Source of the DNA: a virus
Taxonomy: Duplodnaviria; Caudoviricetes
IMG/VR virus record: IMGVR_UViG_3300011977_000415
Location: 32,001 to 96,000 of that record
Direction: 5' to 3' (one strand)
Length of the DNA stretch: 64,000 bases
A model generated the notes under the pieces. That model made no database searches. It saw nothing but the letters and a program-made list of their open reading frames with translations, and was not told the origin of the DNA. Positions 18,325-25,964 of the stretch are shown here, piece after piece. The number at the start of each line of letters is the position of its first letter. The stretch's first letter is position 1. The position numbers were made by a program, and so were the translations under genes.

Positions 18325-19137
18325 ATGGAAAGACAGTTGTTAAAAGACACGTGTGTTCGAGAAAATGGAGGAAGTCGCTATGCCGAATTATTTTGCAGCC
18401 TCTCTAAACTACACGAGGATGAACTTGATGATGGGAGTGGTAATGCATTAGAAGAATTCAAGTACATTGATTCCTCTACTGCATTGGGAGTCAACTTCTT
18501 TCTTCTGTATGAACAAATTCATCCTAAAGCCAATATAATTTTCGAGTGGGATAAAAGTTCTCCGTTGAAGGTCGGTGGCAAATCAAATATAGACATTAGA
18601 GTACAAGAAGACAAGATAATCACTTTTTACGAGTCAAAATTTCTTGAACCATATTATATGTGCAATTCACGGTTCACAGAATCTTACTCCCTAAAAGAGA
18701 ACTACTATGACCACTGGAAGTTTACTGACGAAGAACTGGTAAGTATATTAAGGGATTTTCAGTCTTTCACTTATTATAATGCATCACAGTTATTCCGTCA
18801 TCTGCTTGCAATAGTAAATCATATTGTACATAATAAGGATCTTTATAAGGACATTACATCAGTTGTCCTAAATAGCATCTCATGGAAAATGGAAGATGAA
18901 TACCTTAACCTGCTTAATCTGTCACGCAGGTCAAGAAGTTATGCAATCAAACGGATGAACATCCTTAAACAAGAAGAAACGGATGTTAAAGATATGATTC
19001 AAAGATTTATAGATCATTATGTCACAGATATTATTCCAAAGGATATAACATTGTCATTTGAGACAAGCACGTACAATAACAATGTTAGTTTGATTAATAA
19101 CCATAAAGAGTTCAAAAACCGTTATTTCATACGATGA
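18325..19137 (+). CDS. PD-(D/E)XK putative restriction endonuclease (PGN_0703-like)
   Basis: SSTALGVNFF, FE, SNIDI, YESKFLEP, ASQLFRH. Confidence 0.7.
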   Translation: MERQLLKDTCVRENGGSRYAELFCSLSKLHEDELDDGSGNALEEFKYIDSSTALGVNFFLLYEQIHPKANIIFEWDKSSPLKVGGKSNIDIRVQEDKIITFYESKFLEPYYMCNSRFTESYSLKENYYDHWKFTDEELVSILRDFQSFTYYNASQLFRHLLAIVNHIVHNKDLYKDITSVVLNSISWKMEDEYLNLLNLSRRSRSYAIKRMNILKQEETDVKDMIQRFIDHYVTDIIPKDITLSFETSTYNNNVSLINNHKEFKNRYFIR

Positions 19138-19703
19138 AAATTCTTCAAATCTCAGACACCCACAACAGACATAATGAACTGACCAATCTTCCAGAAGCTG
19201 ATGTTATCATCCATTGTGGCGACTTCACAGAACAAGGCACAGAGGAAGAGGTTCTTGACTTCTTGAATTGGTTTATAGAATTGCCTTACAAGCACAAGAT
19301 ATTCATCACCGGAAATCATGATTTGTGTCTATGGGACGCAGAAGGTATCGAAGACCTTCCTGAAAACGTTCACTTCCTCCAGGATCGAGGATGTGAAATA
19401 GAGGGGATTCAATTCTTCGGACTTGCATACAATCACCCAGAAAGGCACATTCCCAATGAAGAAATAGATGTCCTTGTGACCCATGAACCGCCCGTAATGA
19501 TCCTTGATGAATCATCGGGAACCCATTGGGGCAATGCACCTCTAAGGAACAGAGTGTTTGAGATTAAGCCCAAGTATCACTTGTTTGGTCATGCACACGA
19601 TGCTTTTGGCACAGAAAAGCAAGAAGGAATTGTCTTTTCGAATGCTGCCATGCTCGATGACAATTATAAATCTCGACGAAAAGGCAAACTTTTTATTTTA
19701 TAA
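19134..19703 (+). CDS. Calcineurin-like metallophosphoesterase (MPPED-like)
   Basis: SDTH, HCGD, GNHD, THEPP, FGHAH. Confidence 0.92.
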   Translation: MKILQISDTHNRHNELTNLPEADVIIHCGDFTEQGTEEEVLDFLNWFIELPYKHKIFITGNHDLCLWDAEGIEDLPENVHFLQDRGCEIEGIQFFGLAYNHPERHIPNEEIDVLVTHEPPVMILDESSGTHWGNAPLRNRVFEIKPKYHLFGHAHDAFGTEKQEGIVFSNAAMLDDNYKSRRKGKLFIL

Positions 19704-19707
19704 CGAA

Positions 19708-19749
19708 GAAGCAGACATCTGGTAATACAATCAGCCAAATGTCTGCTTC
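19708..19749. terminator. Hairpin between convergent genes
   Basis: GAAGCAGACAT...ATGTCTGCTTC. Confidence 0.6.
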
Positions 19750-19755
19750 CTTGCT

Positions 19756-20934
19756 TTAGTATAACAATCCAAAGCTCCACAAAGGTAGGAACTGTCCGCT
19801 TGCATATTCCGTATCATCACGGACGATGTAAGCGTTCTCCACGTCCTTTACCTGCTTCAGTCCTTTCTTCTTGCCACCCACCTCAAAGGTGTATTCACCA
19901 ATCTGGAAGTCTGACACTTTGGAAGAGATCACTTCCTGGTTCAGTCTTGTCTGATTGAAGAAGAAGGTCTCGCGGACATTACCGATGTTGGCGTTCTCAC
20001 CGGTCATGGTATATATCATATTGGTATTGTCAAGATATACCTTCTCGGTCTTGCCCAATCCACGCATACCACCTGTGCAATCACGGAGCTGTCCGATCAT
20101 TCCTGCTTTCTCCATATACAGCAGGTAATTCGGAATATCGTTGCGACTAACCTTTATCTCATTGGCAAGGGATGATGCCTCTGGCTTGTAAGGAACATTG
20201 CTTGCGATGATGCCAAGCATACGGCGAAGTTTTCTGCCTGTTGCAGGTGTCATGTTGGCATACTGCGGTATGTCAACCTCCATGGTCAGACGGATTACCT
20301 GCTGAAGGCGCTGCTGGAAGTAGCCTTCGAGTGAGAAAGGATAATATCCCTCGCGAAGATACTGCTCGAACAAAGGAAGAGGATGCTCTACTCCTTCTAT
20401 CTGTACCTTGCCCTCCAGGACTTCCTTTAAGGAACGTACTGGAGTCTTTATGCCATGGAACAGTTCAAGGAACTCACGGAACGAAAGACCCTGCATGTCG
20501 TTGAGAAGAACACGACGGCTAAGGTCGGCTTCACCTTCCAGAATATCCAGAACGGAGGAACCTGTGAAGAACACATGAAGTTTTGGATGGGAGTCGTAGA
20601 TCTGCTTCAGTTCTGTCGACCATCCCTCGTACTTGTGAACCTCGTCGATGTAAAGCCATTCTCCACCCTCACGGACAAACTGGGCTGCAGTGTCTATGAG
20701 CGTGTGGGTTGAGAAATAACTGTGGTCAGCCGAAACATACAGGCTTTTATCCTGGATGTCCTCGGCTTGCTCCTTGATGTGCTGGAGAACCATCGTGGAC
20801 TTTCCTACACCACGAGGTCCCATCAGACCGACAAGTCTTGCCTCCCATGGCAGCTTGTCATACATATAACGCTTGAAGTCAGTTGAAACGAGGTTCAGCT
20901 GTTCCTTCATAAATTCAGTCAATGTCAAATCCAT
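19756..20934 (-). CDS. AAA ATPase (AAA_14 + DUF4143-type)
   Basis: GPRGVGKST, YIDEVH, FTGSS, KVYLDNTN, FEVGGK. Confidence 0.9.
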   Translation of the reverse strand: MDLTLTEFMKEQLNLVSTDFKRYMYDKLPWEARLVGLMGPRGVGKSTMVLQHIKEQAEDIQDKSLYVSADHSYFSTHTLIDTAAQFVREGGEWLYIDEVHKYEGWSTELKQIYDSHPKLHVFFTGSSVLDILEGEADLSRRVLLNDMQGLSFREFLELFHGIKTPVRSLKEVLEGKVQIEGVEHPLPLFEQYLREGYYPFSLEGYFQQRLQQVIRLTMEVDIPQYANMTPATGRKLRRMLGIIASNVPYKPEASSLANEIKVSRNDIPNYLLYMEKAGMIGQLRDCTGGMRGLGKTEKVYLDNTNMIYTMTGENANIGNVRETFFFNQTRLNQEVISSKVSDFQIGEYTFEVGGKKKGLKQVKDVENAYIVRDDTEYASGQFLPLWSFGLLY

Positions 20935-20951
20935 AGTAGAATGTATTTAGA

Positions 20952-21035
20952 TGCACCTTGAAAAGTGCAAGTTTAACCTCAATATGCACGATGGGAAGCG
21001 CAGATTAAAACACAATATGCACTCTCCAAGGTGCA
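20952..21035. promoter_or_regulatory. Three TGCAC-N8-GTGCA palindromes at a 33-bp period upstream of the AAA gene
   Basis: Copies start at 20952, 20985 (GCGCA variant) and 21018. Confidence 0.65.
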
Positions 21036-21211
21036 AATTTAGCACTTTTGAGTTAAATAACCAAGCAAAATCATGTCAAAACACTTTGTTTTATAGAAAA
21101 TTAGCATAGAAACTGTCAATACAGATTGACAACAGGTACTACCCCCTATAAATGATACTTTATAAGGCTTGATGATACCCTAATTTTTGGGTGTTTAATT
21201 GGGTGTAAAAA

Positions 21212-21238
21212 AAAACTCGCTGAAAATCAGCGAGTTTT
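21212..21238 (-). terminator. Hairpin + T-run directly downstream of the tRNA 3'-end remnant
   Basis: AAAACTCGCTGA-AAA-TCAGCGAGTTTT. Confidence 0.65.
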
Positions 21239-21251
21239 GCGGAGAGAGAGG
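21238..21251 (-). other. Prophage att core: duplicated 3' end of a tRNA-Ser-like gene
   Basis: Minus strand CCTCTCTCTCCGCA, without the GTTCGAATC T-arm; ~170 bp from the integrase stop. Confidence 0.7.
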
Positions 21252-21369
21252 AAGCGTAACCCATGAGTTTACACAATCCCAATGCGTGCCACAATGCCGT
21301 AAAACCTTGATTTGATGTTTTGTTGTGGTGTTTTATAGTGCCACACAATACCATATTTGCCCCGAAAAA

Positions 21370-21417
21370 TCGTGTACATTTTCGTGTACGTGGTTTTTTG
21401 GGGCTTTTTTCGTGTAC
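21370..21417. promoter_or_regulatory. Candidate integrase arm-type sites
   Basis: TCGTGTAC at 21370, 21382 and 21410, between att core and integrase. Confidence 0.6.
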
Positions 21418-21421
21418 ATTG

Positions 21422-22696
21422 TCATAAATCATTGAATCGCGACATCGCACGTTCTTTCAGTTCATCAACAATCGCCATGTATGGTTTCATGGCTTTCATG
21501 TCGGCGTGTCCCGTCCATTTCATTATCACCTCGGACGGGATGCCAAGTTGCAACGCCGTAACAACAAACGTGCGCCGCCCGCAATGGGTGGTGAGCAACG
21601 CCCATTTCGGCATCACTTGTTCGATTCGTTCGTTCCCTTGGAAATAAACAATCCGGATGGGTTCATCAATTCCGCATACTTGCCCCAAGATTTTCAAACG
21701 GGCGTTCATTTTCACGTTCGATATTACAGGCAACGCCAAACCATCCTTGATGTCATCATCCTTGTATTTGTCCAATATCGCCTTGGCGTGGTCGTTCAAT
21801 TCGATGCGCAACCCATCATGCGTTTTTTGCGTTACCACATCAAAAAAGCCATCCTTGATGTCGGTGCGTTTGAGTTTGGCAACATCCGAATATCGCAATC
21901 CGGTGAAGCAGCAGAACAAGAACACATCCCGGACGCGCGCAAGGCTTGATTGTGTGGGCGCGAATTGCCATGATTCAAGGCGCGATATTTCATCACGGGT
22001 TAAGTAAATGATTTCCTTGTTCCCGTCCACGCCTTTCATCTTTGGTTTGAACGTGTCATGCAAATTGCCGGGGTAATACCCTTTTTTCGCCGCCCATCGC
22101 AAAAACCACCGCAAGAACGAAAGGTTCTTGGAAATGGTGGTGTTCCGCAAATCCTTTCGGAGCAATGAATCAACGTAACCTTGCAATTTGCGTTCGGTCA
22201 ATGCCGGGAACGAAATATTTGGGTCGTATTCATAAAGATGTCGCCGGAGGGCGGCAAACTTTTCGTGTGTTGAATCCGTCCATTGATTACGTTTGCCCAT
22301 TTCATCCGTGAATAGGTCGTAAACCTTGAAGAAGTTATCATTGCAAGATGGCAAATCGGCATTCGTTTTTGTCTTGCGTCCAACCATATCATTGAACAAA
22401 TCCTTGATTTCGCCCGGCGTTGGTGTGCGCTTTTCAAGCAGTTCATAACGGGCGATGATTTCATTCACCACCGATTGCCATTCATCAATGGTGCGGTTAA
22501 TGGCATCGGCATTCGGTGATGATGGCAGCGCGCGCCCTGTGGCGGCATCCCAATCATCGGCATCAATGTTTTGCCCCAATGGAAAATCCAATGGGCGTTC
22601 GCCGTGCAACGTTATGCGCATACGGATGGCAAGGTTCTTTGATTGCCCGGCGGTGCGCTTGTGCAACAAGAATCTTATTGTTCGTTTGATGTGCAT
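21422..22696 (-). CDS. int: Tyrosine integrase (Bacteroidetes Arm-DNA-bind/SAM-like type)
   Basis: TGLRYSD, THCGRRTF, WTGH, catalytic Y in MKPY. Confidence 0.95.
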   Translation of the reverse strand: MHIKRTIRFLLHKRTAGQSKNLAIRMRITLHGERPLDFPLGQNIDADDWDAATGRALPSSPNADAINRTIDEWQSVVNEIIARYELLEKRTPTPGEIKDLFNDMVGRKTKTNADLPSCNDNFFKVYDLFTDEMGKRNQWTDSTHEKFAALRRHLYEYDPNISFPALTERKLQGYVDSLLRKDLRNTTISKNLSFLRWFLRWAAKKGYYPGNLHDTFKPKMKGVDGNKEIIYLTRDEISRLESWQFAPTQSSLARVRDVFLFCCFTGLRYSDVAKLKRTDIKDGFFDVVTQKTHDGLRIELNDHAKAILDKYKDDDIKDGLALPVISNVKMNARLKILGQVCGIDEPIRIVYFQGNERIEQVMPKWALLTTHCGRRTFVVTALQLGIPSEVIMKWTGHADMKAMKPYMAIVDELKERAMSRFNDL

Positions 22697-22977
22697 GGTT
22701 GTTCAATATACATTTCGCCAACGCCAAGAAGCAGCCACGCCGGATTCACGCCGAAATCCAAGCAGATGCCCGAAAGCGCGTCAAGGTCAATAATTCGGTA
22801 TGTCATCGCGTCCGTTCCCATCGTGTTTCTTATACAACTGTATTTTGTGCGGTTCAAATTATGTTTCCGGCAAAATCCACGCAATCCCAACGTTTTGCCG
22901 GATTCAACCGCATTGTCAAGGGCTTGAAAGAACCTTGCTTGTATGGCTTGGGATTCGGGGCTAATATTCTTTTTCAT
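22675..22977 (-). CDS. Hypothetical, probable HTH DNA-binding protein
   Basis: C-terminal FGVNPAWLLLGVGEM as in repressor-like HTHs. Confidence 0.65.
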   Translation of the reverse strand: MKKNISPESQAIQARFFQALDNAVESGKTLGLRGFCRKHNLNRTKYSCIRNTMGTDAMTYRIIDLDALSGICLDFGVNPAWLLLGVGEMYIEQPCTSNEQ

Positions 22978-23540
22978 CGCGCGTGCGTGCGTATATTATC
23001 AATAATGATATGGAACACCGGGTAACTTATCAAATAGGCGTTATCGGCATTTATTTGCGCCGAAAGCGTGCCTTGTTGAAGTACATTGCCGGAGAAAACA
23101 ACACGTTCAAGGTTGCCGATGCCCGCAAGCCTTTGGAAAACGGAATCGGTGGCGGCATCATCCGCCTTGCAATAATACGAAGCATCAAACGTTATTTGTG
23201 GCTTGGCATCAATTCCGTTGATGAGTTTGAACGAAACGTGTTTGTATGTGGTATCGTTCACCACAACATCATCCACGCGCAAACCTTGCAACAGGGCATC
23301 GAACCCATCAGCACGACCATCCCGGAACAAGGATTGCAAATCGCGTTGGTAATCACCAAACAGTTGCGCTTCCTTTATGGGGTTAAATGTGGTGTCCGCA
23401 ACCGCGCAATAATGCTGAATGATTGAATCCATTCGGCATTGCCTTTCGCATTCATGCGCCGGGCGTGGTGCGTTGTGTGTGCATGAGCATTGCAACACCA
23501 ATGCAAATGCAGCCAAAAGAAGTTTCATTTGCCTTGCCAT
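22974..23540 (-). CDS. Putative lipoprotein in the lysogeny operon
   Basis: MKLLLAAFALVLQCSC signal peptide/lipobox. Confidence 0.6.
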   Translation of the reverse strand: MARQMKLLLAAFALVLQCSCTHNAPRPAHECERQCRMDSIIQHYCAVADTTFNPIKEAQLFGDYQRDLQSLFRDGRADGFDALLQGLRVDDVVVNDTTYKHVSFKLINGIDAKPQITFDASYYCKADDAATDSVFQRLAGIGNLERVVFSGNVLQQGTLSAQINADNAYLISYPVFHIIIDNIRTHAR

Positions 23541-23719
23541 TCCGCCATCTTTTGTTTGTAGTCAATTATCATTGAATCAAACAACGCCTTGTCCACGGTC
23601 GTTGTTGGTTCGCCTTTGAGTGATGCCAATTCAAGGGCATCAAAGATTGCTTCCGGCATCACGGAATAATAAGACGGGTTGCCGTAATAATCGGCAACGT
23701 TGATTGTGATTGTTTCCAT
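23525..23719 (-). CDS. Hypothetical protein
   Basis: ORF tightly packed in the repressor operon. Confidence 0.65.
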   Translation of the reverse strand: METITINVADYYGNPSYYSVMPEAIFDALELASLKGEPTTTVDKALFDSMIIDYKQKMAEWQGK

Positions 23720-23721
23720 TC

Positions 23722-24123
23722 TTATCCTTGTTTAGTTAGATTATCAATGATTGCCAAAAGGCGGTCAATGTGTTCTTGCGCCTTTTGCAACGACAATTCC
23801 TTTGATGCAAGCAATTCAACCAACTTGGATAATTCGCTTTGCATCGCCACATCGGCGGCATTCTTGATGTTGTCGCCCATCACGTTGGCTTGTTCCACAT
23901 TGCCACCATACATGACTGGGGAATCAATAATGCAATCCGAATAGAGTTCGGAAAGCCTTTGTTTTAGTTTATCCGAATAAGGGGAACGCCCCGTAATAAC
24001 ATCGGATAGATATGTTTTGGACACACCCAATTCTTTTGCAATGTCTTGTTGGGTCATCCTTTTCTTGTATTTAATGGTTTCAATCCATTCACGAATGGCG
24101 TTTTTTTCGTCTTTATTGCCCAT
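23722..24123 (-). CDS. Phage repressor (XRE HTH with coiled-coil tail)
   Basis: MTQQDIAKELGVSKTYLSDVITGR; divergent from the lytic operon. Confidence 0.8.
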   Translation of the reverse strand: MGNKDEKNAIREWIETIKYKKRMTQQDIAKELGVSKTYLSDVITGRSPYSDKLKQRLSELYSDCIIDSPVMYGGNVEQANVMGDNIKNAADVAMQSELSKLVELLASKELSLQKAQEHIDRLLAIIDNLTKQG

Positions 24124-24145
24124 ATACGTATCTTTTTTATATTAA

Positions 24146-24251
24146 ATCCGAAAATAATTCGGATAATGTTTGCACAATCCGAATTTAATACGTACATTTG
24201 CAGCACGTAATTAAAAACAATGCAAATATAAATAAATAATTAACTCGCAAA
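24146..24251. promoter_or_regulatory. Immunity switch: operator palindrome and face-to-face promoters
   Basis: ATCCGAA-N5-TTCGGAT 24146-24164; rightward TTTG-N20-TACATTTG (24169-24200); leftward TATATTTG (24230-24223). Confidence 0.7.
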
Positions 24252-24283
24252 AATAGCAAAAAATACTCAATTTGAAGAATAAC

Positions 24284-24868
24284 ATGGAAGAATTTAAGGA
24301 AATTAAAGGTTATGAGGGCTTGTATATGGCATCAACATACGGTTTTATATATAAAATCCGTGATGGGAAGCCCTATAAGCGCATCGGCATTCCAAGAACA
24401 GATGGTGGACATAATTACACAATAACCAAGTTGTTTGATATGAACAAAGTTCGGAAAGATGTTTGTGTACACCGTATTATTGCCGAAACATTTTTGCCAA
24501 ATCCGAATAATTATCCATGCGTGAATCATATTGATGGAAATAAGCACAACAACCGGGTTGATAATCTTGAATGGGTTACATATTCTGATAACACAAAGAA
24601 AGCGTATGAAATTGGTGCATACGATGGATGCAAGGTGATTCCGGGGCATGAACAATTTTCATTCTTGCTTGGATGGTCACAAGTTCGCCAAGGCGATTTG
24701 CAAGAGGTAAAGGATGAAATTCTTACATCCTTGAACCTAAAACAAAAAGTTTCATGGTATCAACGCTTATATGGAAACATTGAACCCAAGATAACGGAGT
24801 ATTGGAAGATTGAAGAAATATTTCATAAACATGGAATAACCCAAATTTGGGGAGTTCCGCAAAACTAA
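24284..24868 (+). CDS. NUMOD4-HNH endonuclease fused to a Cro-like domain
   Basis: EIKGYEGLYMASTYG, VHRIIAETF, VNHIDGNKHNNRVDNLEW; C-terminus paralogous to 24875-25093. Confidence 0.8.
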   Translation: MEEFKEIKGYEGLYMASTYGFIYKIRDGKPYKRIGIPRTDGGHNYTITKLFDMNKVRKDVCVHRIIAETFLPNPNNYPCVNHIDGNKHNNRVDNLEWVTYSDNTKKAYEIGAYDGCKVIPGHEQFSFLLGWSQVRQGDLQEVKDEILTSLNLKQKVSWYQRLYGNIEPKITEYWKIEEIFHKHGITQIWGVPQN

Positions 24869-24874
24869 AAGAAC

Positions 24875-25093
24875 ATGAACAAAGAACAATTTTCATTTAA
24901 CAATGGTTGGATGCAGTTACGCCAAGCGGACATCGCGGCTTGTCGTAAAGAACTGATGGTCGCATTCAACGTAACAACCCGCGCGGCGTTTTTGCAGCGG
25001 TTGAAAGGCAATGTCATCCCGAACGTGCTTGAAGCACACAATGTGGAAAAGGTGTTTGCCAAGTACGGAATAAAGGATGTGTGGGGGGAATGA
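24875..25093 (+). CDS. Cro-like small regulator
   Basis: 72 aa at the head of the lytic operon; function inferred from position. Confidence 0.6.
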   Translation: MNKEQFSFNNGWMQLRQADIAACRKELMVAFNVTTRAAFLQRLKGNVIPNVLEAHNVEKVFAKYGIKDVWGE

Positions 25094-25479
25094 TTATGGA
25101 CACCGTGAAACTTACCAAACGCGAATCCGAAATTGCGGAATTGTTCGCTTGGGGCGCAAGCAAAAAGGATATTGCAAATCGCCTTTTCATTTCGGAACGT
25201 ACAGTTGAAAACCACGCCCGGAACATATTCATCAAAACCGGGTGTCAAAAGGTCAATGAATTATCCGCGTGGTGGTTTTGCACGAAGTTCCACATTTCAT
25301 TCGATTTGTCGCCATTCAAGCGCAAGTTCATCACATGGTGTTTGCTTGCCGTAATGATGCCAACAATCATCAACCACGATAATGTGGTAATGCGTTTCCG
25401 CACGCAAAGCAGAACAACCCGTGTACAACGTTCACGCCGTGAATCGGAAGATGGAACGGCAAGTTTTCAAATCATCTAA
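25090..25479 (+). CDS. LuxR-type HTH protein
   Basis: LTKRESEIAELFAWGASKKDIANRLFISERTVENH. Confidence 0.85.
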   Translation: MIMDTVKLTKRESEIAELFAWGASKKDIANRLFISERTVENHARNIFIKTGCQKVNELSAWWFCTKFHISFDLSPFKRKFITWCLLAVMMPTIINHDNVVMRFRTQSRTTRVQRSRRESEDGTASFQII

Positions 25480-25490
25480 AATTCGCAACA

Positions 25491-25694
25491 ATGGAAAAAT
25501 TCATTTCAGTATTTCAAATCATCACCGCGATATTCATTTTCCTTTTCGCGGTTGGCACAACAATCCGTTGCATCGTCAATGGAAGCGATGTTTTTTACAT
25601 CATCATGTTCACGTTGATGGCGTTGGTCGGTCGTTCAATGTTACGTTACACGATTGCAGAATACAAGGAGTTGAAGCATGGAAATAACAAGTAA
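25491..25694 (+). CDS. Small membrane protein
   Basis: Two hydrophobic segments. Confidence 0.6.
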   Translation: MEKFISVFQIITAIFIFLFAVGTTIRCIVNGSDVFYIIMFTLMALVGRSMLRYTIAEYKELKHGNNK

Positions 25695-25953
25695 CACCCG
25701 CATCATTGATTTGACCGTTGGGCAACTGATGGATATAATTGCAAAGGCACAAGCCCCGGCGGTTGAACAAGCCCCGGAGCAAACGAAACGCCTTGTGTAT
25801 GGAATTTCCGGGATTGCACAATTGTTCAATTGCAGCATGACAACGGCAAACCGCATCAAGGCATCCGGGCGCATTGATGATGCAATCACGCAACATGGGC
25901 GTATCATCGTGGTGGATGCCGACAAAGCATTGGTTCTATTTAATAACAAATAA
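25678..25953 (+). CDS. DUF3853 family (excisionase-like) protein
   Basis: VYGISGIAQLFNCSMTTANRIKASG.ID.AITQ.GRIIVVDAD.AL. Confidence 0.85.
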   Translation: MEITSNTRIIDLTVGQLMDIIAKAQAPAVEQAPEQTKRLVYGISGIAQLFNCSMTTANRIKASGRIDDAITQHGRIIVVDADKALVLFNNK

Positions 25954-25964
25954 AATTCGCAACA

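Noticed and set aside
20952-21035. 33-bp periodic repeats as a mini-CRISPR
   Set aside because: Variable part only 8 bp inside a palindrome; no cas genes
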